Origin: Macrostomum lignano
Lineage: Eukaryota
Length of the DNA stretch: 64,000 nt
Reading direction: 5' to 3'
Assembly (NCBI GenBank): GCA_002269645.1
Contig: NIVC01002755.1
Span: forward strand, 62,001-126,000
Positions within the stretch are counted from its first letter, which is position 1; each line of letters starts with the position of its first letter. A model generated the notes under the pieces. That model was given only the letters and a program-made list of their open reading frames with translations, was not told the DNA's origin and did no database searches. Both the position numbers and the translations under genes were made by a program. Shown here one piece after another: positions 1 through 11,150 of the stretch.

Positions 1-701
1 ACTACTAAAACTCGATGACATGGGTAAGTGAATATGCATTCACAATGGACACAATGGCCGCCAGTCTTTATGGAGAGCTTTATAAATTTCGCTGCGGTTT
101 TTCCCTCACAGAAATCAGCCCAGAGGAGCGGGCACGCAGCGAATCCGACGGCCTGCTGTTCGAACAGCCGCCAGCCCAGCCGACTGCAGTTGAGCCGGCG
201 GTAGCCAGCGAGCCTCCTCTGCTTCTTAACCTTGCTGAGCAAATGCGGCCAGCCGAGGACGTGAAGCTGAACGAGGCCGCCGTGTCGCCTCCAGAGGAAC
301 CGGCTTTGCCAAGCAAGGCTGCTGAGAGTGCCGCTGGGACCGGGAACGCCGAAGCTTCGTCTGCAGAGCCGTCAAAACCAGCACCAGCACCGACGACTAG
401 CGCCGACACACCTGTCGTAATTTCTGAATCGTCGGCGGCAGCGAATTCAATGTCGCCAGCCAGCCGCCCGAGTACAGCGGCGGCTGCAGGTGTTGTCGCG
501 CCGCTGCCTCGCTACGCCATGACGGAAGTTCGTACAGCCGTGCTGCGCCTCATCCGGCTGCTGGACCAGGAGAGCCTGCAACTTGTCATGCACACCGTGC
601 GTGCCCGCCTGCAGGAGGGCGCCGGCGCCACCCCCGACCAGCAGCAGCCGCCGCAGACCGCAGCCAGTGTATCGCCCTCCTTCTCCCTGGACAATCTATG
701 A
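1..701 (+). CDS. 3' end of an unknown protein-coding gene entering from the left edge. Partial exon <1-23, intron 24-111, terminal exon 112-701.
   Basis: Donor TGG|GTAAGT at 23/24 and acceptor TTTTTCCCTCACAG| at 111 join in phase 1 to give ...LLKLDDM-E-ISPEERARSESDG..., in frame with the 15..701 ORF. The product is Ala/Pro/Ser-rich with a short helical C-terminal segment (EVRTAVLRLIRLLDQESLQLVMHTVRARLQ). No family recognised. Confidence 0.6.
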
Positions 702-1867
702 TTATATGAAACCACAATAAGCGCAAATATGTATAAATAAGAGTATATCATAGAACAAAGTTTTGCTTTCTACATTGCATTACTTGTAGCATACGTTCAA
801 ATTCCAATTGAAATGTTTACTTTTTCTGGCCATCCCTTAAATTTTTATTCATCGAGTTTTCATGCAAGCCGCTGCGCAGATGTTTAGTTGGCCTTAGGAA
901 TTTTACTCCTCGCGACCCCTGTTTATTCCCAACTCGATCGTTTGCATTCTTAATCCTGCCTGTTCTCCGAAGACTGTTTTACCATGTGCACTTTGCTCGT
1001 ATTATTGTAAGCAATAGGAAGTTTGCGCATTAAGGACACACGAAGTGGATTTCCCACTGCCCCCCCCCCCCCCAGGCTCAGTGGCATCTGTCTGCACGAT
1101 GTCGCCTACACCGAACAATTGCTGGACAATTCGAACTGCACACCTTGATTGCATGATTTCCAATGAACCAGCCACAGGTATTTAATAAATAGTCGAACTA
1201 TGAAAGCATTAGTGTGAAGTTGCCATTCATTGCACGAAATCTGCAGCCTGAGCAGATGAACAAATGATTTCTTTCAACAATTGTGTTTGTCATCGATATC
1301 AGCGGTAACAGGACGTTTACCATCAATAGTACTCAAAAAGTACTAATTATGCTTTAATAACAACTTAGCATTTATTGCAGATCAAATTTTAATGATAATT
1401 ACCGTAAAGCCAGAAGTGCGAATACTGAATGCACAGTGTTTTGTTCTGACAGTTCAGCGCTATGAACCGGGCGGGGTGACAAAATACAAGAGGTATTGCA
1501 GAAGTTTTCAGACTGTCTTTACTCAAGGCGACAGTAATGTCCAGACTCCAGATGAGCTGTAATTTTAGTCACAACTCCTCGCACACCTGCTCTGTTCGCA
1601 AAGCAGCTTTAAAGTGCATTCATCATTTTCCTTATCTTTAAAACTCAATAAGTTTTGCTCAGCACTTCGGCTGTTTCTGCAGTTGTACTATTCAACAGAC
1701 CAGATGTGCGAGGAGTTGTGGCTCACTGGACACTCCTGTCGTTCACAGTCCCAAAATTCATGTAGCACCTCTCGTATTGAATATAGGGTTACACACGGCA
1801 ACCGCTACAGCGGTTACTCAATAAAGAAATGCTGATAGCGGATCTGACAACACAGAGCAGCTCAAGT

Positions 1868-3451
1868 TCAGAACTTCTTGCCGCTGGACACGCTGGCAGA
1901 GCCGGACGCAGGCGAGTCCGATGCAACCATGGCGGCCTTGTTGGCTGACAGCTGGTCCTTGTGCTCGCTAGACTCCATGTGAGCCGACATCTCCGCCGGT
2001 TTCTGGGCTGCCGAGCCCTTCTCATCAGCTAATTGGCCGACCCCCTCATCTTTCTTGGGCTGGTTGCGCGCCTCCAGCATAGCCTTGTGCTTCATGCCGC
2101 CCAGGTGGCAGTCCAGCGAGTCCTGCGTGTTCGTGAAGATTCCGCACACGTCGCAGCGAAATATTTTGGTCTCGGCGCTCTGCTTCTTCTCTACAAGGGT
2201 CCGATCCTGAGCGTTGGAGCGATGCTTCCTGCCCGAGTAGTGCTGGAACATCTGCACCGTGTTGGTGAAGGTGACGTCGCACAGTTTGCAGTACTGCGTG
2301 TCCAAGCCCTCTGGCAGCTCGGGCGTCTGCGAGTTGCCCGTGTTGAGCACGCCCGAGTAGTACTCGCCCGCCGGCAGGCCGTTCTCGCGCAGCTGCTTCT
2401 GGTGCGTCTTGCCATTGTAGTGAACCTCGGCCGTGACGATGGAATTGACGCCGGCCAGGCACAGGCTGCACCACTGGTTCTCCACCAGCTGCTTGAAATT
2501 GTGCGGCGCGTCGTCGGGCAGCACGAAGTCGCGCCGACTGACGGCGGGCGAGGCCGCTTTTGCCGGATTAACGCGCGCAATTTTCGAAGCCTTGGAGCCC
2601 GAGGATGACGGCCAAGGTCGCTTGCTGGCGCCATTGCTGCCGCCCCTCTGGACTTGCCAGTGCCGACTGGAGCCGAACGAATTCTGAGAATTCTGCGGCC
2701 GCAGATTCTGATGCTGTGGCTGCGGGAATTGGCGCTGCTTTGAGTGTTGAAATTGCTTTTTCTGCTTCTGCTTCTGTGGCTGAAACTGCTGTTGGGGCTG
2801 TTGAGGTTGCTGAAACTGCAGCCGAGGTTGCTGAAACTGCAGCTGAGGTTGCTGAAACTGCAGCTGAGGTTGCTGAAACTGCTTTTGAGGTTGCTGAAAC
2901 TGCTGTTGAGGTTGCTGAAACTGCTGTTGAGGTTGCTGAAACTGCTGTTGAGGTTGCTGAAACTGCTGTTGAGGTTGCTGAAACTGCAGCTGAGGCTGCT
3001 GAAACTGCAGCTGAGGCTGCTGAAACTGCAGTTGAGGCTGCTGAAACTGCAGCTCAGGCTGCTGAAACTGCTGTTGGCGTTGTTGGAACTGCTGCTGCTG
3101 CTGCGGAGGCTTATTAGAATTTTCACGCTGGAAGCCACCTCGAGTGGCGCTACGGCTGGCGCCTCGAGTGGCGCCACGACTGGCGCCTCTGCCTCGGCCG
3201 CGAGAATTAGCGCTGGCGCCAGCGGCCGCTGAGCCGAAGCTCGCAGGATTCTGCGAGAAGCCGCCAGATGGGGCATTGGGAATCCAGGCCAGGTTGTGAG
3301 GCTGAAACCCGGATTCAACTCTGTCAGAATTTGGCTGGCCGAATTGCGGCTGCGTCTGGCAGATTGGCGGATACGGCCTGGGCAAGCCGTCAGCCTGGAA
3401 GCTCTGGTAGTTTCTGCTTCCCTCCAAGTTGTCAGAGGCAAAGTCATTCAT
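1868..3451 (-). CDS. JAZ/matrin-type (ZNF385/ZMAT3/ZNF346-like) triple C2H2 zinc-finger protein with RGG-like and Gln-rich repeat N-terminus. Intronless CDS.
   Basis: Three long-spaced C2H2 fingers ending in H-Y/L-x-G-x-x-H: WCSLC...HYNGKTH, YCKLC...HYSGRKH, FRCDVC...HLGGMKH. N-terminus has RGRGRG/RGG and 7-aa FQQPQ(L/Q)Q repeats. The ORF is open from 3499, but acceptor-like CTTTCAG/CTTGCAG lie between 3499 and the ATG at 3451, so 3451 is preferred as start. Confidence 0.85.
   Translation of the reverse strand: MNDFASDNLEGSRNYQSFQADGLPRPYPPICQTQPQFGQPNSDRVESGFQPHNLAWIPNAPSGGFSQNPASFGSAAAGASANSRGRGRGASRGATRGASRSATRGGFQRENSNKPPQQQQQFQQRQQQFQQPELQFQQPQLQFQQPQLQFQQPQLQFQQPQQQFQQPQQQFQQPQQQFQQPQQQFQQPQKQFQQPQLQFQQPQLQFQQPRLQFQQPQQPQQQFQPQKQKQKKQFQHSKQRQFPQPQHQNLRPQNSQNSFGSSRHWQVQRGGSNGASKRPWPSSSGSKASKIARVNPAKAASPAVSRRDFVLPDDAPHNFKQLVENQWCSLCLAGVNSIVTAEVHYNGKTHQKQLRENGLPAGEYYSGVLNTGNSQTPELPEGLDTQYCKLCDVTFTNTVQMFQHYSGRKHRSNAQDRTLVEKKQSAETKIFRCDVCGIFTNTQDSLDCHLGGMKHKAMLEARNQPKKDEGVGQLADEKGSAAQKPAEMSAHMESSEHKDQLSANKAAMVASDSPASGSASVSSGKKF
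2795..3085 (-). repeat. Coding 21-bp minisatellite (about 13 copies) encoding FQQPQ(L/Q)Q
   Basis: Unit GCTGAAACTGC(A/T)G(C/T)TGAG(G/C)(T/C)T on the + strand, in frame within the zinc-finger CDS. Confidence 0.9.
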
Positions 3452-3799
3452 GGCAGGATGAGAGCAGGGCTGCAAGTTACTGAAAGTGCAGTGAGACATT
3501 TCTACAGCTTGACAGTTTTATTAAGTAGGCATTATAATATTAGATTGCACAAAAGACCATCAAATTTCAGTTGAAAATTGTTTCTTCATGTTTTCATTCA
3601 GTAGAACGAAAGTTAATTGCATCATTGGAAGCAGCAATGAAAGTAGAAAGCAATGAAGTAATTAGTTTAAGGTAAAATATACACTTGTGTTAAGCTAAGC
3701 TTGTGTTATTGTTCTATTGCAAGAATGAAATAACTAGATCCATATACTAAAAATGAGTTGTTTGTTTGTACAAAATCGATTTTCTCCTGAATGGCTTGA

Positions 3800-4778
3800 G
3801 GCTCATTCCATATAAGATGGACATATTTGGAAAATAGAAAAAAGTCAATATTTTTGCTTGCCATTGCCTAATTAGCCTATTTTTTTACCAAATGTTTATA
3901 TTGTGCAATATATACAATCTAAGAATAAAGGAATGGTAAAATGTTGGATTAGTATGTTATCAATTGGCAAAAAGTCATTTTTGTAAAAATTTGGACATTT
4001 TTCGAAGCAAAAGACATCATTAAGATTTTGTACCTTTTAAAAACAAATAGAAAGCTTTTGAAGGTTGAAACAAACTATAGATAAAAGTATAGTACTTGCA
4101 TCATCAGATAAAAGCATTGGTGACCAAATAATCTATTATATTTTTAATGTATTAGTACCTCAAAGTTACTGAATTGACAGAAAAAAATATGTTTTGACCA
4201 TAATTTTACGACCATAAGGCTGCCTTTTCTTTTGTATCTTTGTTGCCTTTTGAGTTTATATATTCTAATAAAAGAGTATGATTTCTAAAGATGTTCTTAG
4301 TCAAATTTTAAAAATGTATTGCAAAATATCAAAAATGAAAAATGTTTTAAGACTTTTACCTTTTAGTTTCTATATGTCAAAAATCCTGTCGTTACGACCA
4401 TAAGCAGTGGCGCAACCAGGGGGGGGGCGGTCGCCCCCCCCCCTTAGGCGGGGGACCGAAAAAAAATCAAAGGGGGGACCAAGCGAATTTTCGCCAAAAA
4501 CAGAGCCACCCCTCCGCCGCCCCCCCCCCCTACCGGGACTTTACCCTCAGAATCCGCCCCCCCTTGAAAAATTTCTGGTTGCGCTACTGACCATAAGTGT
4601 CATTTAAGGTTTAATAGCATCTATACTAATGATGATATCTATATGAAACTCTATAAATATATTCTAGACAAAATAATCTTTCATTTAAAATATTGGTTTA
4701 GTATATTCTATTATTAGATTTCATTTTATAAGTAAAAATAACCTGTCATGTTACGACCATGCTTATATGGAATGAGCC
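3800..4778. mobile_element. Non-autonomous DNA transposon, about 980 bp, with 17-bp perfect TIRs and 4-bp TTGA TSD (Kolobok-like GG...CC termini; superfamily tentative)
   Basis: GGCTCATTCCATATAAG (3800-3816) is the reverse complement of CTTATATGGAATGAGCC (4762-4778). TTGA flanks both ends (3796-3799, 4779-4782). Internal TTACGACCAT motifs recur. No transposase ORF. Confidence 0.8.
4405..4589. mobile_element. 185-bp hAT-type MITE nested in the element above
   Basis: TIRs CAGTGGCGCAACCAG / CTGGTTGCGCTACTG (14/15 match) and an 8-bp TSD ACCATAAG at 4397-4404 and 4590-4597. CAG termini with an 8-bp TSD are typical of hAT. GC-rich island in AT-rich host. Confidence 0.9.
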
Positions 4779-5446
4779 TTGACCAATTTTGTTCGAATTT
4801 GCACTGTAAAAATTAAATTAACTAACCTTCAAAATAACTATGCTTATATAGTTCAATAGTCCTATATACTAAAAATGAAATGTCTGTAACTAGCTATGCG
4901 ATAGATTTCAGAAAAAATGGCTCAACCGATTTTCTTCAAACTTGCACCATTCGATCAGAAATTTTCCTGGGATGGTACATGCATCCTGGCTAAGAAATTG
5001 CTCAATTTTAAAGGGATTAAATATTCGAAAAACATGCTTTTTTGCAAAGGTCAAGCAGCTCTTTCGACCTGGAATGCATTGTAAGAATGCTAGAGAAAAA
5101 ACTGACTGGCTGAATTCCGATTGTGATAAAGATTGCATCACAACAATTTGAAAACAGTGTCGAAGAAATGCACACCCGACTTGATTAAAATTGTGTAACC
5201 ATATTGCTAACTTCAATTAAGACTGATACTGGCTGACTGAGAAATTGATTATGTCATAAATTTTTACTCTAACCGACTTGCGACTTTCTAACCAAATTGA
5301 ATTATAAGGGCCACAATTCATGTGCTCCAATTAAAAAAAGATAGCCTAGATGCGAACAGACTGGACTGCTAATGTAGCGAACTGGGTTCGAATCTTGGTA
5401 GCACAAAATGATTTTTTATTAAAACACCTTAAAAACAAAAAACTGC

Positions 5447-8400
5447 TAAACATAAAAGAAGCGCTTTGTCAAACATACAAGAGCCACCATGTCAAACATA
5501 AAAGAGCCACCATTTCGAACGTAGAGTTACCATGTCGAACATTAAAGAGCCACCATGTCAAACATAAAACAGACACCGTTAAAAACATTAAAGAGCCACC
5601 ATGTCGAACATTGAAGAGCCACCATGTCAAACATAAAACAGCCACTATGTCGAACATTAAAGAGCCACCATGTAAAACATAAAACAGAGCCACCATTTCG
5701 AAAATTAAAGAGCCACCGTGTCAAACATAAAACAGCCACTATTTCGAACATTAAAGAGCCACCATGTCGAACATTAAAAAGCCACCATGTCAAACATTAA
5801 AGAGCCACCATTTCAAACCTAAAAGAGCCACCATGTCGAACATTAAAGAGCCACCATGTCGAACATTAAAGAGCCACCATGTCAAACATTAAAGAGCCAC
5901 CATGTCAAACATAAAACAGACACCATTAAGAACATTAAAGAGCCACCATGTCGAACATTAACGAGCCACCATGTCAACATTAAACAGCCAAAATTTTGAA
6001 AATTAAAGAGCCACTATGTCAAACATTAAAGAGCCACCATGTCAAACATTAAAGAGCCACCATGTCAAACATAAAACAGACACCATTAAAAACATTAAAG
6101 AGCCACCATGTCGAACATTAAAGAGCCACCATGTCAAACATAAAACAGCCACTATGTCGAACATTAAAGAGCAACCATGTCAGACATAAAACAGAGCCAC
6201 CATTTCGAAAATTAAAGAGCCACCATGTCAAACATTAAAGAGCCACCATGTCGAACATAAAGAGGCACCATGTAAAACATATACGTAACTCCATGTCAAA
6301 CATTGAAGCGACACCATGTCGAACATAAAAGAGCCACCATGTCAAACATTAAAGAGCAACCATGTCAAACATAAAAGAGCCATCATGTCAAACATATAAG
6401 TGACTTTATGTAAAACATTAAAGAGCTACCATATCAGACATATACATGACTCCATGTCAAACATATACGTGAATCCATGGTAGACATTAAAGAGCCACCA
6501 TGTCGAACGTTAAAGAGCCAACATGTTAAAAATACAAGAGCCAACATGTTAAAAATACAATAGCCACCATGTCGAACATTAAAGAGCTAACATGTTAAAA
6601 ATACAAGAGCCACCATGTCAAACATATACATGACTCCATGTCAAACATTGAAGAGACACCATGTCGAACATAAAAGAGCCACCATGGCAAACATATACAT
6701 GACTCTATGTCGAACAATCAAGAGCCACCATGTCAAAAATATACATGACTACATGTCAAACATTAAAGAGACACCATGTCAAACATTAAAGAGCCACCAT
6801 GTCGAACATTTAAGAGCCACCAGGTCAAACATGAAAGTGCCACCATGTAAAATATTAAAGAGTCAGCATGTCAAATATTAAAGAGTCACCAGGTCAAACA
6901 TATACATGACTCCATGTCAAACATTGAAGAGCCACCATGTCGAACATTAAAGAGCCACCATGTCTAACATAAAAGAGCCACCATGTCAAACATTAAAGGG
7001 CCACCATGTCAAACATAAAAAAGCCACCATGTCAAACATAAAAGAGCCACCATGTCAAACATATATGTAACTCCATGTCAAACAGTAAAGAGCCACCAGG
7101 TCAAACATATACATGACTCCATGTCAAACATTAAAAAGCCACAATGTCAAACATTAAAGAGCCATCATGTCTAACATTAAAGAGCCACCATGTCTAACAT
7201 AAAAGAGCCACCATGTCGAACATAAAAGAACCACCATGTCGAACATAAAGGAACCACCATGTCAAACACAAAAGAGCCACCATGTCAAACATAAAACAGC
7301 CACTATGTCGAACATTAAAGAGCCACCATGTCCAACATTAAAGTGCTACCATGTCAAACATAGAAGAGCCACCATGTCAAACATTAAAGAGCCACAATGT
7401 CTAACATTATATAGCCACCATGTCAAACATTAACGAGTCACCATGTCAAGTATATTCGTGACTCCATGTCAAACATCAAAGAGCTACCATGTCGAGCATT
7501 AAAGAGCCACCACGTAAAACATTAAAGAGCCACCATGTTAAACATAAAAGAGCCATCATGTCAAACATTAAAGAGCCGCAAACATAAAACAGACACCATT
7601 AAGAACATTAAAGAGCCACCATGTCGAACATTAAAGAGCCACCATGTCAAACATAAAACAGCCACCATTTCGAAAATTAAAGAGCCACTATTTCAAACAT
7701 TAAAGAGCCACCTTGTCAAAAATTAAAGAGCCACCATGTCGAACATTAAAGAGCCACCTTATCAAACATTAAAGAGCCACCATGTCGAACATAAAAGAGC
7801 CACCATGTAGAACATAAAATAGTCACCATTACAAACATGAAAGTGCCACCATGTAAAACATTAAAGAGCCACCATGTCAAACATTAAAGAGCCACCAGGT
7901 CAAGCATATACATGACTCCATGTCAAACATTGAAGAGCCACCATGTCGAACATAAAAGGGCCACCATGTCAAATATTAAAGAGCCACCATGCCAAACATT
8001 AAAGAGCCACCAGGTCAAACATTAAAGAGCCACCAGGTCAAACATGAAAGTGCCACCATGTCAAATATTAAAGAGCCACCATGTCAAACATTAAAGAGCC
8101 ACCAGGTCTAACATGAAAGTGCCACCATGTAAAACATTAAAGAGCCACCATGTCGAACATTTAAGAACCACCATGTCAAACATAAAATAGCCACCATGTG
8201 AAACATATGCGTGACTCCATGTAAAACATTAAAGAGCTACCATATCAGACATATACATGACTCCATGTCAAACATATACGTGACTCCATGTTAGACATTG
8301 AAGAGCCACCATGTCGAACATTAAAGAGCTAACATGTTAAAAATACAAGAGCCACCATGTCAAACATATACATGACTCCATGTCAAACATTGAAGAGACA

Positions 8401-8760
8401 CCATGTCTAACATTAAAGAGCCACCATGGCAAACATATACATGACTCCATGTCAAACATTAAAGAGACACCATGTCAAACATTAAAGAGACACCATGTCA
8501 AACATTAAAGAGCCATAATGTCAAACATTAAAGAGCCACCATGTCGAACATTAAAGAGCCACCATGTCAAACATAAAAGAGCCACCATGTCAAACATAAA
8601 GGAGCCACTATGTCAAACAATAAAGAGACACCATGTCAGACATTAAGAAAACCCCGAATCAAACATAAGAGAGCCACCATGTAGAACATAAAAGAGCCAC
8701 CATGTCAAACATTAAAGAGCCATCATGTCAAACATAAAATTTACACAATTTCAAACGTAA
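5447..8760. repeat. 3.3-kb degenerate 23-bp minisatellite (roughly 140 units)
   Basis: Consensus AACATTAAAGAGCCACCATGTC(A/G), with recurrent variants such as AACATATACATGACTCCATGTCA and AACATAAAACAGACACCATT. Confidence 0.95.
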
Positions 8761-8899
8761 AAGTAAGCGTCATGCCAATTTTAAAGGAGCCACTATAGAG
8801 CTAAGGAAATTGTAGCACTAGCTACTTATTTTATGGTGGATGCTTACTATTTCGGGATGCTTGCTATCTGGGGGATGCTTGCAATCTGGGGGATGCTTG

Positions 8900-11150
8900 C
8901 TGTCTTGGGATGATTTCTTTTTGCATTACACTTTATTTGAGCAGTTTGTCTGTCGTCTTTGTGAAGGCTTTATTTGGCTGTCTTTTTGTTACTTGTAGAG
9001 AACAGAGACTCTATCCAGATGTCCCCCAATGGGGGGCGAAGATTGCTAGTTCCTTTACTAAAATCGCCTTTGTTAATATAAATAGCAAAGTTAAGGAGGC
9101 AATACCTAATATATCTATTTGTATGTCAAAATTAAAAGTACATGTAATATAACATGATTTTGTGGTTGTCAGATATTGTTAAGGTTCAAAAAGTCTAATT
9201 AGTGTCATCAAATAGATTTACTCTGTAGCTACTATAGCCAAAAGAGAAGTCAAGCAATATATACAATTTTAGTTGTTCATTATAAATAGTCAAACCTAAG
9301 ATTAGCCACAAAATAAATAAATAATGCTAGTTTCAAAGCTTTTGTGAGGGAGCTCTTAGGTCTTTGGGATCAGAGACTTAACAACCCTTATAGTCTCAAA
9401 GATGGCCTATGGCTATATACCAGAATTCTTAGTATACATAATAGATTTACAAGTAGGGCTTAGCATATATTGATATATTGATTATATTATTATAATGCAT
9501 CTATCAACGTTAGAATTTTGAAATACAATAATTGAGTGATAATTTAGTATATATTAGTATAATTATAATGTTTACAGATTGTTTCTTGTTAGTTAAAAGT
9601 TATTCATATAATGTCAAAAAACACTTGCAAAAAATTAATCTATAGTTGCATTTAAAAAATAGGCCTAAATTAGTAAATAAGTTAAATATTAAATAACATA
9701 GTTTACTTTTGCAACTCTTTGGCAAAAAATGTATATATAAGCATATAGTTTTCTCAAAGCCACTTTGTTCTAGTGTGCATCTAATATCTTTGAGACTGGT
9801 ATAGGCATTATGTAGTTTTGTTAATAGGGGCTAAGATGGCCTAGGATAAATGCCTTCACTTTTAACACAAAAGGCCTACTGCCTAGGGAATAGACTAGAG
9901 ATTTTCTATAATTACCAGTATATATATTACATAGTTTGAATAATAAAGGCAAAAAATAAGATAAATGCAATTCTAACCATTATTATACAAATAAATAGTC
10001 TAAAAAATAATTGGTAAATATCATTAACTAAGGCTTTAAGTATTTTTGCAACAAAGAAAGAAAGCTAGCTTTGTTTGGCATATAATTTAGGCAATTGTCA
10101 AGTTTTGTTCATTAAATTATTTAGACTCTATTATATATCTAACTTTGAAGTTTTACTTGGCCAATATGAATTAGCTTTTCTAAAAATTGCTACTTAGTTG
10201 CCTTTAGTTGCAACTTAATTGCCTTTGGTCTCTATTATAACCAAGGTTTAAACTATACTAGATGACTTAGTTGCCTCTATTCTGGTTTTAATGGGGTCTC
10301 TATTTTTTTCTTTTCTTTTTATTTCTTTTGGTTTTTTCTCTGCCTTTTGTTTTCTATCTTCTCTTGTCTTTTTTCCTTCCGTTTTTTATTATTTTTTGGG
10401 GTTGGCATTTTTATAACTTACCTTAACCAGACCAGACCATAGTCCCAAGAAGGCAATGGCTAAAGTTCCGGCACCAGAACCCATTTTCCAACGGCTATGG
10501 ATCCGGCAGTGCCATTATAATATAGATGGAACATTATATTTTGTTTTAGATTAAAATTTAAGACAATATGGTAAGATTTGGGACGAGATGCTTCTAATAT
10601 TCAGACTTCTTAAGATATGTTCTTAGCAGTCTTTATATGCTTCTATATGGCACTGCCAGATCCCTAGCTGTTAGAAAACGGGTTTTAATGCCGGAACTCT
10701 AGTCATTGCCTCCCAAGAATATAACTTTAATTTAAACATGGCACTGTTTGCACAAAGCATACCAAAAAACTTTTTGTGACTCCTTGCTAAACACAGTGCA
10801 TGTGGTACTAGACTGCCTGGGACCTAGTTGCATGCAAGAATTTTCCCCACAAAATAGCATCTTTGGGAGTATAGTAGCTAGACCTCTTGCTACCTGGCTG
10901 AATTAGCTAAGTCAGCTGGGTGTTAGGCATATGATAATGACATATATTTGATTCCAAGAAATTAATCTATAAACTATTAGTATTTCAAATGGTAATGGCT
11001 AGAATTCTGGCACCAGAACCTGTTTTCTAATGGCAACTGGCAAGTAGCCTGTTTGGCCAATATATTATAGGGCAATAGGGTAATTTGGCCCAGGGGAGGA
11101 GCCTGTTTTGCCAATATGATTCTATGTATTTAATATTTTCTCAAAAGGTT
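8900..11150. mobile_element. Heavily decayed, CpG-depleted repeat/TE relic with three copies of a ~60-bp motif (+,-,+)
   Basis: Motif copies at about 10453-10515 (+), 10647-10709 (-) and 10992-11040 (+) differ mostly by transitions. Very few CpGs. Degenerate K/R-rich reading on the minus strand near 10200-10400 with many TAA/TAG. No family assignable. Confidence 0.45.

Noticed and set aside
80-3574. Overlapping shadow ORFs antisense to the first two genes, and similar ones over TRPM, SDR, MINDY, NAGA and EXOC8 exons
   Set aside because: Expected by-product of GC3-rich coding sequence, which has few stops in alternative frames.
5447-8760. CRISPR-like appearance of the 23-bp array, and likewise of the 61-bp and 45-bp arrays
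   Set aside because: Units are contiguous with no unique spacers, there are no cas genes, and the context is eukaryotic.
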